Source: Candidatus Saccharimonadota bacterium (lineage in GTDB: Bacteria > Pseudomonadota > Gammaproteobacteria > Enterobacterales > Enterobacteriaceae). Taken from it: a stretch of 32,000 nucleotides of DNA. This document shows, in pieces, positions 9,595-20,622 of this stretch. The DNA lies in contig CP188086.1 of NCBI GenBank assembly GCA_049942765.1, positions 390,001 through 422,000 on the forward strand, read 5' to 3'. The notes under the pieces were generated by a model. It had not been told where the DNA came from. It worked only from the letters and a program-made list of their open reading frames with translations, and made no database searches. Each line of letters starts with the position of its first letter. Positions within the stretch are counted from its first letter, which is position 1. A program made the position numbers and the translations under genes.

Positions 9595-11016
9595 TCATTT
9601 ATTTTTTATCTTGTTAGGCAAGTCAGTAATAGTTCCCTGAAACATTTTAGCAGCTCCACCAATAGTTTCATATAATGTAGGATGTGCATGAATTGTTAAT
9701 GAAATATCTTCAACATCACAACCCATCTCAATTGCTAATCCTATTTCACCCAATAATTCTCCAGCATGTACACCTACAATACTACCTCCTATAATTCTAT
9801 TTGTTTTTTTATTAAATAATAATTTAGTTATTCCATTAAAATGATTAGATGCTAAAGCTTTACCAGAAGCTTTCCATGGATAAGACGAACAACCATAATC
9901 AATATCTAATGATATAGCTTCTTGTTCAGATAAACCTACCCAAGCTATCTCTGGTATAGTATAAGCTATAGATGGTATCACTCTAGGATTAAAACAATCC
10001 TTTTTACCAGCAATAACCTCTGATACAACAGATGCTTGATAAATAGCTTTATGGGCTAACATAGGATAACCTACAACATCGCCAATAGCATAAATATGAT
10101 CAATATTAGTTTTTAATTGATTATTGACGTTAATAAAACCTGAACTACGTAATTCAATACCTATATCACTAAGACCTAATCCATCTACAGCTGGTTTACG
10201 TCCTATAGCAATTAAAATATTATCATATATCATAGTGTATTTATCACCAGAACTATCCTGTAATGTCACAAGAAATTCGTCATTTATTGTTTCTACTTTT
10301 GTAACCATTCTATCCATAATAATATTGTATTGATTAATAGTATGATTCTTAAAGACTTCTATAATGTCACGATCTAATGTAGGTAATAACAACTTAGAAT
10401 TATCAACAATATCAATATGAGAACCTAAAGAACTATAAAAAGTAGCCATTTCTAATCCAATAATACCTGAACCTATGATCAGCAACCTACTTGGAACATG
10501 TAATAAATTTAAAGCATCTGTAGAATTCCAAATTTTTTTATGATCAACTGCTATACCTGGTAATCCTATAGGTATTGAACCGGTAGCTATAACAGCATGG
10601 TCAAAATGAACTGTAGTTATTCCATCATCACAACTAACTACAATACTATGTTCTGTATTAAAAACTCCTTCACCTATTAAAACCGTTATTTTTCTATATT
10701 TAGACATCGAAAATAAACTATTATTTAAATCTTGTATTATATTATTCTTCCATGTTCTAATTTTGTTTATATCAATTACAGGTTCAGAAAAATTAATACC
10801 TGACATAGACAAATTTTTAACATCATACATTACCTGTGATATATGTAATAATGCTTTCGAAGGGATACACCCAACATTTAAACATACACCACCTAAAACA
10901 CTATATTTTTCAATTAATATAGTATCAAAACCTAAATCTGCACAACGAAATGCTGCAGTATATCCAGCAGGACCAGATCCAATAATCACTACTTGAGTAC
11001 GTATTTCTTTATTCAT
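9595..11016 (-). CDS. lpdA: Dihydrolipoyl dehydrogenase (E3)
   Basis: VVIIGSGPAGYTAAFRCADLG (FAD binding), the redox-active disulfide motif GGVCLNVGCIPSKALL, IIGSGIIGLEMA (NAD binding) and TIHAHPTLYE. The track ORF starts on a TTG at 11022. The ATG at 11016 aligns with E. coli MSTEIKTQ and has a GAGAA Shine-Dalgarno 8-11 nt upstream. Confidence 0.95.
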   Translation of the reverse strand: MNKEIRTQVVIIGSGPAGYTAAFRCADLGFDTILIEKYSVLGGVCLNVGCIPSKALLHISQVMYDVKNLSMSGINFSEPVIDINKIRTWKNNIIQDLNNSLFSMSKYRKITVLIGEGVFNTEHSIVVSCDDGITTVHFDHAVIATGSIPIGLPGIAVDHKKIWNSTDALNLLHVPSRLLIIGSGIIGLEMATFYSSLGSHIDIVDNSKLLLPTLDRDIIEVFKNHTINQYNIIMDRMVTKVETINDEFLVTLQDSSGDKYTMIYDNILIAIGRKPAVDGLGLSDIGIELRSSGFINVNNQLKTNIDHIYAIGDVVGYPMLAHKAIYQASVVSEVIAGKKDCFNPRVIPSIAYTIPEIAWVGLSEQEAISLDIDYGCSSYPWKASGKALASNHFNGITKLLFNKKTNRIIGGSIVGVHAGELLGEIGLAIEMGCDVEDISLTIHAHPTLYETIGGAAKMFQGTITDLPNKIKNK

Positions 11017-11146
11017 TCTCAATTCTCAATTAATAAAATATTTTATCAACACTCAATATTTGTAATATTTTTTATATTAAGTTATTCTCTTATTATACAA
11101 TAAAGCATTGTACCATAACATTTAAAATTATTATTTAATGATATAT

Positions 11147-12376
11147 CTACATTATTAATAACCGTATATCTAATACATATTGATTAATAAAATGTATAAA
11201 ATTAGCAGCATCTACTCCATTAATCACACGGTGATCATAAGAAAATGATATAGGTAACATTAACCTTGGGTTAAATACCATTCCATCAAAAATCGATTGC
11301 ATGCTACATTTAGATAGACCTAAAATAGCTACCTCACTACTATTAATAATAGGAGTAAAAAAACTACCTCGAACAGTACCTAAATTAGATATAGTAAAAG
11401 TTCCTCCAGATAAATCGGGCAATGTTAATTTTCCAATCCTAGCTTTATTTGACAAATCTTGTAATTCATTAGAAATATTTAATATACTTTTATTTTGTAT
11501 ATTTTTTAATATTGGAATTAATAATCCATCTTTAGTATTAACCACTACGCCAATATTAATATCTTTTTTTAAAATAACTTGATTATTAATCATATCAATA
11601 GAACTATTAAAAATTGGAAAATATTCTAATGCCTTTACCACAAACTTTATTATAAATGGTAACAAAGTAATTTTTATATTCTTTTTTTTCATATCTAAAT
11701 TATATTTTTTTCGAAAATTATCCAAATCAGTCACATCTATTAAATCAAAATGAGTAACGTGTGGAATATTTTTCCAATTGTTAGACAAATTTTTCCCTGA
11801 TACAATTTGTATTTTAGATAAAGATAGTATTTTATTGCCTTGATTCTGTATACAAGGTTCTTTTAACTTATCATTAAATGTAATATCAGAATGTATAGAT
11901 TCCGATAAATATTTTTCAATATCTTCCTTAATAATCCTATTTTTAGGACCAGATCCTGTAATACATGACAAATTGATATTTTTTTCTCTAGCTAATTTTC
12001 TTATTAAAGGACTAGCATGTACTAATTTATCTAAAGAATCCATCTTATTGTTACATATGAAATTCTTTTCATCCTTATCTAAATTAAATATATAATTTGT
12101 ACTTTTCTTATTTACATCCATATTATTTTCAATAGATAAATCACTTTTTTCTTGAAAAAACATAATAACTGAACTAGTTTTAACTTTATCACCTACTTTA
12201 ACTATAATATTACAAACTATTCCATCACATGGTGATGGAACTTCCATCGCAGCTTTATCTCCCTCTACTATAATCAAACTTTCTTCAATTTTTACTATAT
12301 CACCTACTTTCACTAAAATATCAATTACCTCTACTTCATCTACTCCTATATCAGGTATTTTAATTTCAATTGTCAT
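11147..12376 (-). CDS. aceF: Pyruvate dehydrogenase E2 dihydrolipoamide acetyltransferase; single lipoyl domain
   Basis: There is one lipoyl domain (VEGDKAAMEVPSP). The E3-binding domain is HASPLIRKLAREKNINLSCITGSGPKNRIIKEDI. The catalytic domain has the DHRVINGVDAANF active site. The protein is 409 aa, against 630 aa with three lipoyl domains in E. coli. Confidence 0.93.
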   Translation of the reverse strand: MTIEIKIPDIGVDEVEVIDILVKVGDIVKIEESLIIVEGDKAAMEVPSPCDGIVCNIIVKVGDKVKTSSVIMFFQEKSDLSIENNMDVNKKSTNYIFNLDKDEKNFICNNKMDSLDKLVHASPLIRKLAREKNINLSCITGSGPKNRIIKEDIEKYLSESIHSDITFNDKLKEPCIQNQGNKILSLSKIQIVSGKNLSNNWKNIPHVTHFDLIDVTDLDNFRKKYNLDMKKKNIKITLLPFIIKFVVKALEYFPIFNSSIDMINNQVILKKDINIGVVVNTKDGLLIPILKNIQNKSILNISNELQDLSNKARIGKLTLPDLSGGTFTISNLGTVRGSFFTPIINSSEVAILGLSKCSMQSIFDGMVFNPRLMLPISFSYDHRVINGVDAANFIHFINQYVLDIRLLIM

Positions 12377-12392
12377 TTATTTACCTTTGTAC

Positions 12393-15050
12393 TCAAGTAT
12401 TATTAAACTCATCAATTTTTATATTAAACTTTTTAATTGCATGACGTGCCAACTGAAAATCTATAATTCCAATCTTAGATAATAATGATAATGCAAAAAA
12501 TATAATGTAACCAACATTAACTTCAAAATGAAATCTTAAATTATCTCTACTATCGGAACAACCAAAACCATCAGTACCTAAAACATGATAAGTTACTGCA
12601 GGAATATAACCACGAATTTGATCAGCAAAAATTTTCATATAATCAGTAGCAGCAATTGCAGGAGATGAATTCATAATTTTTTCTACATATGGAATTTTTC
12701 TTTTTTGTGTTGGATGTAACATATTCCATCTTACACATTCCTGTCCATCTCTAGCTAATTCAGTAAACGAAGTCACACTATAAATATCTGAAGAAATATC
12801 ATAGTCTGATCTTAATATTTGACCAGCTTCTCTAACTATAGGTAAAATAGATCCAGAACCTAATAACTGTATATTTCCTTTACCTGCAGTTAAAACTTCT
12901 ACTTTATATATTCCTTTACAAATACCTTCATTAATACCAGGAATAATATCTGGCATATGATAATTTTCATTAAATGTAGTAATATAATAAAATATATTTT
13001 CTTGATTAATTCCATACATGCGATCTAATCCATCATGTAAAATTACTGCAAGTTCATACGAATATGCTGGATTATACGATTTACAATTAGGAATAGTTAA
13101 CGATTGGACATGACTATGTCCATCTGCATGTTGTAATCCTTCGCCATTTAAAGTAGTACGACCTGCAGTTGCACCAATTAAAAAACCTCTAGCTTGCTGA
13201 TCAGCAGCTGCCCATAATAAATCACCGATTCTTTGAAAACCAAAAATAGAATAATATATGTAAAAAGGAATCATAGGAAAATTATTAGTACTGTATGAAG
13301 TACCTGCAGCTAACCAAGAAGCCCCTGCTCCTAATTCATTAATACCTTCTTGTAAAATTTGTCCTTGTTTATCTTCTTTGTAATAAGCTAATAATTCTTG
13401 ATCTTGAGGAACATATTTTTGACCTTTAAAACTATAAATTCCAATTTGTCTAAATAAACCTTCCATACCAAATGTTCTAGCTTCATCAGCTATGATTGGT
13501 ACTATCTTATCTTTAATATCAATATTCTTTAATAAAATGTTTAAAAAACGAACAAAAGCAACTGTAGTTGATATTTTTTTTCTAGATTTATGCAATAAAA
13601 ACTGAAATTCATTTATATTAGGAATATTTAATTTTTGTGTAAACTTAGATAATCTTGATGGTATATAACCGCCTAATACTTTTCTACAATTATGAAGATA
13701 TTGATACTCTATAGAATTTTTTTCGAATGTCACATAAGATAATTTTTCGACATCTTCGTCACTTAATGGAATATTAAAACGATTTTTAATATATAACAAT
13801 GTATTTAAATCTATCTTTTTTATTTGATGAGCTATATTTTTACCTTCTGCTAATTTTCCAATACCATAACCTTTAATAGTATGTGCTAAAATTACAACTG
13901 GTTGTTTTTTTATTTCAGTTGCTAATTTTAAAGCAGCATATATTTTTTTAGGATCATGTCCACCACGATTTAATTTCCAAATATCATCATCCGATAAATC
14001 TTTTACTAACTCTAATGTCTCTTGATATTTTCCAAAGAAATGTTCTCTAATATATTGACCATCTTTAGATCTAAATGTTTGATAATCACCATCTAAAGTC
14101 TCATTCATTAATTGAATTAATCTGCCATTCTTATCTTTTTTAAGTAATCGATCCCAACCATCCCCCCAAATAACTTTTATAACAAACCAACCAGAACCTC
14201 TAAAAATACCTTCCAACTCGTTTATTACTTTTCCATTACCTATTACTGGACCATCTAATCGTTGTAAATTACAATTTACAATAAAAACTAAATTGTCTAA
14301 TTCTTCACGTGATGCTATTGATAAAGCACCTTTAGATTCTGGTTCATCCATTTCACCATCTCCTAAAAAAGCATATACTATCTGATTAGATGTATCTTTT
14401 AAACCACGTGCCAACAAATATTTTAAAAATTTAGCTTGATAAATAGAACTAATCGAACCTAATCCCATAGATACTGTAGGAAATTGCCAAAAATTAGGCA
14501 TTGATTTAGGATGAGGATAAGAAGGTAAACCACAGCCTCCTACTTCTTGACGAAAATTATCTAACTGCTCTTGTTTTAAACGTCCTTCTAAAAATGCTCT
14601 AGCATATATACCCGGAGAAATATGACCTTGAAAATACACAAGATCACCTCCATCATTATTATTCATAGCTCTAAAAAAATGATTAAAACATACTTCATAA
14701 ATAGTTGCTGATGATTGAAAAGAAGAAATATGACCACCTAAATCTAAATTTTTTTTTGAAGCTCTAAGTACAATCATTATAGCATTCCATCTAACCGCAG
14801 ACCGAATACTTTTTTCTATGTTTAAATCACCTGGATATGTTAATTCATCAACACAATGAATTGAATTCACATAATCACTATTATGATTTTGATACATGTA
14901 TTGAAATTCACTACTATTTATTGTCAATATTAATTGATCAATTAAAAATTTTGCCCTATTAATACCTTCTTCTTTCACTACCGATTTAATTGATTGTATC
15001 CAGTCATATGTTTCAACTGGATCTATATCCTGTCGTATGTTTTTTGACAT
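12393..15050 (-). CDS. aceE: Pyruvate dehydrogenase E1 component
   Basis: Collinear with E. coli AceE from MSKNIRQDIDPVETYDW through GHISPGIYARAFLEGRL, LGDGEMDEPES and LNGEGLQHADGHSH. I chose the ATG at 15050 with an AGGAA Shine-Dalgarno 8 nt upstream. The ORF-track extension to 15134 has no homology support. Confidence 0.96.
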   Translation of the reverse strand: MSKNIRQDIDPVETYDWIQSIKSVVKEEGINRAKFLIDQLILTINSSEFQYMYQNHNSDYVNSIHCVDELTYPGDLNIEKSIRSAVRWNAIMIVLRASKKNLDLGGHISSFQSSATIYEVCFNHFFRAMNNNDGGDLVYFQGHISPGIYARAFLEGRLKQEQLDNFRQEVGGCGLPSYPHPKSMPNFWQFPTVSMGLGSISSIYQAKFLKYLLARGLKDTSNQIVYAFLGDGEMDEPESKGALSIASREELDNLVFIVNCNLQRLDGPVIGNGKVINELEGIFRGSGWFVIKVIWGDGWDRLLKKDKNGRLIQLMNETLDGDYQTFRSKDGQYIREHFFGKYQETLELVKDLSDDDIWKLNRGGHDPKKIYAALKLATEIKKQPVVILAHTIKGYGIGKLAEGKNIAHQIKKIDLNTLLYIKNRFNIPLSDEDVEKLSYVTFEKNSIEYQYLHNCRKVLGGYIPSRLSKFTQKLNIPNINEFQFLLHKSRKKISTTVAFVRFLNILLKNIDIKDKIVPIIADEARTFGMEGLFRQIGIYSFKGQKYVPQDQELLAYYKEDKQGQILQEGINELGAGASWLAAGTSYSTNNFPMIPFYIYYSIFGFQRIGDLLWAAADQQARGFLIGATAGRTTLNGEGLQHADGHSHVQSLTIPNCKSYNPAYSYELAVILHDGLDRMYGINQENIFYYITTFNENYHMPDIIPGINEGICKGIYKVEVLTAGKGNIQLLGSGSILPIVREAGQILRSDYDISSDIYSVTSFTELARDGQECVRWNMLHPTQKRKIPYVEKIMNSSPAIAATDYMKIFADQIRGYIPAVTYHVLGTDGFGCSDSRDNLRFHFEVNVGYIIFFALSLLSKIGIIDFQLARHAIKKFNIKIDEFNNT

Positions 15051-15146
15051 ATTTTTATTCCTATTAATCAAATAATTCAAACAATTAAATATTTTAATAC
15101 TACAACAATTAAAAAAATATTTATTTCTATTCAATTAATAATTAAT

Positions 15147-15212
15147 AGTTATGTTATAACTATATTTATCAACATAATTATTAATATATTAAATAACATA
15201 ATTATGTTATAA
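15147..15212. repeat. Cluster of short direct and inverted repeats 100-160 bp upstream of aceE
   Basis: ttatgttataa occurs at 15149-15159 and 15202-15212. aacataattat occurs at 15171-15181 and 15195-15205. An 18-bp perfect palindrome, ataacataattatgttat, lies at 15193-15210. Confidence 0.6.
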
Positions 15213-15540
15213 ACAATAAAAATAACTTACTAACTAATTAGTAAAATACTAATACATAAATACAAAGTAAAAATCAATATAATTAAGTGATAAAAACAAA
15301 ATTCATCACATATAAAAATTAAGTATATATTTTGATTAAATAAATATAATCAATTTCTATTGATATATTTTTAATATAAAATATTAAATTTTTATAAAAT
15401 TAAACTTAATAATATAATTATACTAACAATAATTAATACATAAAAAATAAATAAATTTAAAAACATAATACATTAAAATATTTAAATATAAACCATCATT
15501 AAAATATTTTCTAAATTAAAAAATAAATAGATTTATACCT

Positions 15541-16596
15541 CTATGTAATAATTTCATACATATTAAAAATGCCATTTTCCTGTTCAGATACTTTGATAAA
15601 TGTAGTTCTTTTAGTTAATTCTTTTAAATATTCAGCTCCAACATAAGTACAAGCTGAACGTAAACCTCCTAATATATCACATATTGTTGTAGTTACCTGA
15701 CCTCTAAAGGGTAATTTTACAATCTTACCTTCCGAAGTTCTATATGAAGCAATTTTTCCAATATGTCTTTTCATAGCAGCATGAGAACTCATTCCATAAA
15801 AAATCATAGACTTCTTGTTATGTTCATCTAATACCACTCCTTCACTTTCATTATGACCTGCAAGCATTCCACCTAACATAACAAAATCGGCTCCACCACC
15901 AAATGCTTTAGCTAAATCACCAGGTACAATACAACCACCATCACTAATAATCCTACCTCCTAATCCATGAGCAGCATCAGAACATTCTATTACTGCTGAT
16001 AATTGAGGATAACCAATACCTGTTTTAGTTCTTGTAGTACATACTGAACCAGAACCTATTCCTACTTTAACAATATCTGCTCCAGCTAATATTAATTCTT
16101 CTACCATTTCTCCAGTAACTACATTGCCAGCACAAATAGTAATATTAGGAAAAGTATCTCGTGCTTTTTTTAAAAAAATTATAAATTCTTCAGAATAACC
16201 ATTAGCTACATCAATACAAATAAACTTTAAATCATTTGATAATAACAAAATTTTTTTAATTTTATTAAAATCTGCACTAGAAGTTCCTGTAGACACCATC
16301 GTATGATTTAACACATCTATCGATGTTGTATTAATGAAGTTTTCCCAATCAATAATTGAGTAATATTTATGTATAGCAGTTAATATACTAAATTTTGATA
16401 AAACTTTAACCATACTAAAAGTACCAACAGTATCCATATTAGAAGCTATTACAGGGATTCCTGACCAAATAATACGAGAATGTTTAAAAAAAAATTTTCT
16501 ATTTAATTTTACCTGAGATCTACTTCTTAATAACGATCGCTTAGGACGTATTAATACATCTTTAAAACTTAACTTCATATCTTCATCAATACGCAT
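15541..16596 (-). CDS. guaC: GMP reductase
   Basis: [76 protein letters not shown] and [12 protein letters not shown] match E. coli GuaC. The track ORF begins at a TTG (16611). The ATG at 16596 matches the E. coli start. Confidence 0.94.
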   Translation of the reverse strand: MRIDEDMKLSFKDVLIRPKRSLLRSRSQVKLNRKFFFKHSRIIWSGIPVIASNMDTVGTFSMVKVLSKFSILTAIHKYYSIIDWENFINTTSIDVLNHTMVSTGTSSADFNKIKKILLLSNDLKFICIDVANGYSEEFIIFLKKARDTFPNITICAGNVVTGEMVEELILAGADIVKVGIGSGSVCTTRTKTGIGYPQLSAVIECSDAAHGLGGRIISDGGCIVPGDLAKAFGGGADFVMLGGMLAGHNESEGVVLDEHNKKSMIFYGMSSHAAMKRHIGKIASYRTSEGKIVKLPFRGQVTTTICDILGGLRSACTYVGAEYLKELTKRTTFIKVSEQENGIFNMYEIIT

Positions 16597-16761
16597 TACA
16601 TTTAATTCCAATAATTCTACGATATATTTAAAATAACACTAATTTTGTTATTAAAGATTTTTAAATATTAAAAAAAATCTATTAATATATAATTAATTTC
16701 ATATAATGAACAATTTCATAATATCTAATTCAATCAATACATTATTTTAATAATATTAATG

Positions 16762-16779
16762 TCATCTTAATTAAGATGA
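16762..16779. repeat. 18-bp perfect palindrome in the guaC-secA spacer
   Basis: tcatcttaattaagatga equals its own reverse complement. Confidence 0.85.
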
Positions 16780-17210
16780 TTATTAATCATAAAAGATTAT
16801 TTCAAGAATAAATATAGTTAAATTTTATTTAAAAAATCTAATATTGCATATTTTCTGTATAAATATACAATAAAATTATTCTTTAAAATAAACAATAAAA
16901 ATATGTAAAAATATACAATTAAATATTCGATAACATAAATTATTTAAAATATCAAAATGATGACTTTATTTTTTTTGTACAAATAAATATTTGTATTTTA
17001 CAAAATAACAAGCAACTATAATTATTATTTATTAGTTTTTATAAAACTCATTATCTTTATAAAAAATATTTATGTTATAAAAAAAATAATTTTATATCTA
17101 TAAATACATTATTACAAAAATAACCTTAAACTTATCACTTTCTCATAATTAATTATAATAATTAAAAAAATTAACATTTAAATAAATAATAATCATTATA
17201 TAATCGTGTG

Positions 17211-17240
17211 AATATAAATATTATAGATAATATTTATATT
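17211..17240. repeat. 30-bp palindrome (14-bp arms, 2-nt centre) in the guaC-secA spacer
   Basis: The sequence is aatataaatattat-ag-ataatatttatatt. The arms are exact reverse complements. Confidence 0.85.
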
Positions 17241-17429
17241 GTAATAGCATGATAAAAATCAAAAAATCCACTAAAAAACACATATCATAATCAGATAATA
17301 ACCATTGTTATAATTATAATTTATATAATATCTCCTACAATTTAATAAATTTTTTATATATAGAAACATAAATTACATATTTTATATAACTAAAAAAATA
17401 AAAGAAATAAAATCACTAAAAAAAAATAA

Positions 17430-20015
17430 TTAAACTTTAATATGAAATTTTTCATGAATAGATTTAAACATACGAATATGATTTAATAAATCTTCATCAC
17501 TAAAAGACAAATTCTTAATAGGAAAACAAAAAAATATAGAAATTACTTCATGTTTAAATTCATTGATCATTAACAAAAACAACACAAAAGATTCACGTAT
17601 ATATTCTTGTTTAGGATCCTTTTGTGCATAACTTCTTAAATGTATACCTTGTCTTAAGTAATCCATGACTGATAAATGATCTTGCCAAAAAGAATCCAAC
17701 GTTGAAATTAACAATAATTGTTTAAATTTATACATATTTTTTTGATTAACTAACTTCTCTTTACTATAGAAATAAATTTTAATCTCATCAATAATCATTT
17801 GTTGTAACAAATTTTTATCTTTTTTAGCATATTTGTGTAAAGAACTAAATACCTTTAAATTTAAATTAAAATCTTTTTCTAAACATTTCTGTAAATTACA
17901 ATAATTCCATTGTTTATTTATATTATGAAATACTAAATAAGTATTTATAATGTCATAAAAAACATCATATAAAAAACTCAGAATAATTTGATTAACATAA
18001 TTTTTATTATCTATTAATTCATTTCGATGATGATAAATAACTCGTCGTTGCTCATTAACAACATTATCATATTCTAATAATTGTTTTCTAATATTAAAAT
18101 TTCTATTTTCTATTTTTTTTTGAGCTCTAGATATTGCTTTAGTAATCCAATTATGTTCTATACACTCTCCAGATTTCATACCTAATTTTTTCATAATATT
18201 TAATACTTTATTAGATATAAATATTCTCATTAAAGAATCTTGCATAGATAAATAAAAACGTGAAGAACCGCAATCTCCTTGACGACCAGACCTACCTCGT
18301 AATTGATTATCTATACGTCTAGATTCATGTCTTTCAGTACCAATAATATGCAAACCTCCAGATTTTAAAACCATATTATGATTCTTTAACCAATCATTTT
18401 TCATTTTTAATATTATATTATCTGTATATAAATGTTGTTTATCTAAACCAATAAAATTTATACTACCTCCTAATACAATGTCCGTACCTCTTCCAGCCAT
18501 ATTAGTTGCTATTGTTATAGAACCTGGTTTACCAGCTTCGGCAATAATATCAGCTTCTCTTAAATGATGTTTGGCATTTAATACATTATGTTTAATATGT
18601 AATCGATTTAATTTTGTAGAAATTAACTCTGATTTTTCAATAGATGTAGTTCCTACCAGAACTGGCTGATTTCTACCAATACATTTTTGTATATCACGTA
18701 TTATAGCATTAAATTTATCTTCTTCAGTGAGATACAACAAATCCGATAAATCATTACGAATCATCGGAGCATTAGTAGGTATAACAATAGTATCTAAATT
18801 ATAGATATCACGAAATTCAAACGATTCAGTTATAGCTGTACCTGTCATACCAGATAATTTATGATATAATCGAAAATAATTTTGAAAAGTAATAGAAGCT
18901 AATGTTTTATTTTCATGTTGAATAGATACATTTTCTTTAGCTTCTATAGCTTGATGTAAACCATCAGACCATCGTTTACCTTGAACAATTCTTCCAGTAT
19001 GTTCATCTACAATTATAATTTCATTATTTTTTACAATATAATCAATATTTTTTATAAATAACGTATGTGCTCTTAATGCAGCGTTAACATAATGTATTAA
19101 AATAATATTATTATACGAATATAATAACAATCGTTCAGTTATAATTTTTTCTGCAAGCAAAAATTCCTCTACTTTTATAAAACCTCGCTCAGTTAAATAA
19201 ACTTGACGAGATTTTTCATCAACAACAAAATCCCCCACTCCTTGAAAATAATCTGAATCATCTTGATTTTGCTTAATTAACGTAGGAACAATTTTATTGA
19301 TTTTAATATAAAGATCAACATTTGATTTTACAGGTCCTGAAATTATTAAAGGAGTTCGAGCCTCATCTATTAAAATTGAATCTACTTCATCTACTAAAGC
19401 ATAGTATAAACTACGTTGTACTCGATTATGATTATTAAATAGCATGTTATCACGCAAATAATCAAATCCATATTCATTATTAGTGCCATAAGTAACATCT
19501 GAACAATATGCTAATTTTTTATCATTGACAGACATACCAGATAAATTTAAACCCACTGACAACCCTAAAAAATTAAATAATGGAGCATTCTTATCAGCAT
19601 CTCTTTTAGCTAAATAATCATTCATAGTAACTACATGTACACCATATCCTTGCAAAGCATTTAAATAAATAGGTAACGTGGAAGTTAATGTTTTACCTTC
19701 ACCAGTTTTCATTTCTGCAATACAATTATTATTTAATACAATACCTCCTATTAACTGAACATCAAAATGTCGCATTCCTAAAATTCTTTTACTAGCTTCC
19801 CTAACTGTAGCAAATGCTTCAGGTAACAACGTTTCTAACATGACACCATTTTTAATAGAATTACGAAATGTTTTTGTTTTTTGCTGCAAGGCAACATCCG
19901 ATAATACAGAAAATTCAGATTCAATAGAATTAATAATATCTACTGTATTTTGTATTCGATTTAATATTCGTTGATTTCTATTTCCAAATATTTTAGTTAG
20001 TAATTTACTCAACAT
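17430..20015 (-). CDS. secA: Preprotein translocase ATPase SecA; C-terminal zinc-binding tail absent
   Basis: [16 protein letters not shown] aligns with the E. coli MLIKLLTKVFGSRNDR. Walker A is MKTGEGKTL. Also matching are [36 protein letters not shown] and [15 protein letters not shown]. An alternative in-frame ATG lies at 20030. Confidence 0.95.
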   Translation of the reverse strand: MLSKLLTKIFGNRNQRILNRIQNTVDIINSIESEFSVLSDVALQQKTKTFRNSIKNGVMLETLLPEAFATVREASKRILGMRHFDVQLIGGIVLNNNCIAEMKTGEGKTLTSTLPIYLNALQGYGVHVVTMNDYLAKRDADKNAPLFNFLGLSVGLNLSGMSVNDKKLAYCSDVTYGTNNEYGFDYLRDNMLFNNHNRVQRSLYYALVDEVDSILIDEARTPLIISGPVKSNVDLYIKINKIVPTLIKQNQDDSDYFQGVGDFVVDEKSRQVYLTERGFIKVEEFLLAEKIITERLLLYSYNNIILIHYVNAALRAHTLFIKNIDYIVKNNEIIIVDEHTGRIVQGKRWSDGLHQAIEAKENVSIQHENKTLASITFQNYFRLYHKLSGMTGTAITESFEFRDIYNLDTIVIPTNAPMIRNDLSDLLYLTEEDKFNAIIRDIQKCIGRNQPVLVGTTSIEKSELISTKLNRLHIKHNVLNAKHHLREADIIAEAGKPGSITIATNMAGRGTDIVLGGSINFIGLDKQHLYTDNIILKMKNDWLKNHNMVLKSGGLHIIGTERHESRRIDNQLRGRSGRQGDCGSSRFYLSMQDSLMRIFISNKVLNIMKKLGMKSGECIEHNWITKAISRAQKKIENRNFNIRKQLLEYDNVVNEQRRVIYHHRNELIDNKNYVNQIILSFLYDVFYDIINTYLVFHNINKQWNYCNLQKCLEKDFNLNLKVFSSLHKYAKKDKNLLQQMIIDEIKIYFYSKEKLVNQKNMYKFKQLLLISTLDSFWQDHLSVMDYLRQGIHLRSYAQKDPKQEYIRESFVLFLLMINEFKHEVISIFFCFPIKNLSFSDEDLLNHIRMFKSIHEKFHIKV

Positions 20016-20582
20016 AACACTTTTTCTCATAATTACTATATATCTGACTATTAAACGTCATTTTCACTAGTTTTAAATATAAATTTCATTATATTTAATA
20101 ACATATGTTGTACTTAAATATTTAATTTTTATTGAATTTAAATTTCAATTTATATTAAAAAACAAAAAATATAAAATATATAAAATTTTTATTACTAGAA
20201 TAAATATGATATTACATAAATATAATAAGATCATAAAAAAAATAACTAACAAAAACAAAAATCATTATGTATCTCCGAACTATTTTTTATTATTAAATAA
20301 ACAATATCTACTAAAAATATTTATATATATAAAAAATTTATTATTATGTTTACAACATAAAATTATAAATAATTAATATAAATTAAATAATTAAATTTAT
20401 AAAAATTAAGATCAATAATATTATTCAAAATAACTGAATATAAAAAATCAAAAAACATATCAATAATTATTTATCTCAAATAATAGTAATTGTTCTTAAA
20501 ATAAATAAATCAAAAAATATATTTATATATTATCTAATTCTAAAAATAATAAAAAATAGTTTAACTAAATAACATCTATAAA

Positions 20583-20609
20583 AAACATCATAAACATGAT
20601 AAACATCAT
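20583..20609 (-). terminator. 3 x 9-bp tandem repeat immediately 3' of leuA, forming alternative 5-bp hairpins followed by a U-run; weak terminator candidate
   Basis: The + strand reads aaacatcat-aaacatgat-aaacatcat. The - strand reads atgatgttt-atcatgttt-atgatgttt-tt. The atcat-gttt-atgat hairpin is followed by gttttt. The repeat starts 14 nt after the leuA stop. Confidence 0.3.
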
Positions 20610-20622
20610 TTTTACTACATTA

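Noticed and set aside
9445-9675. 76-aa + strand ORF spanning the speD stop, the spacer and the lpdA 3' end
   Set aside because: It overlaps two supported genes and the terminator-like spacer, and its composition is A/T-driven.
10124-11582. ORFs antisense to lpdA (10124-10333, 10763-10996) and aceF (11301-11582)
   Set aside because: These are shadow ORFs within conserved CDSs.
15051-15134. N-terminal extensions offered by the ORF track: aceE to 15134, speE from 7706, truA to 26914, guaC to 16611, lpdA to 11022, secA to 20030
   Set aside because: The extensions have no counterpart in the E. coli orthologues. Several begin at TTG. Internal ATGs align with the orthologous N-termini and have better Shine-Dalgarno spacing.
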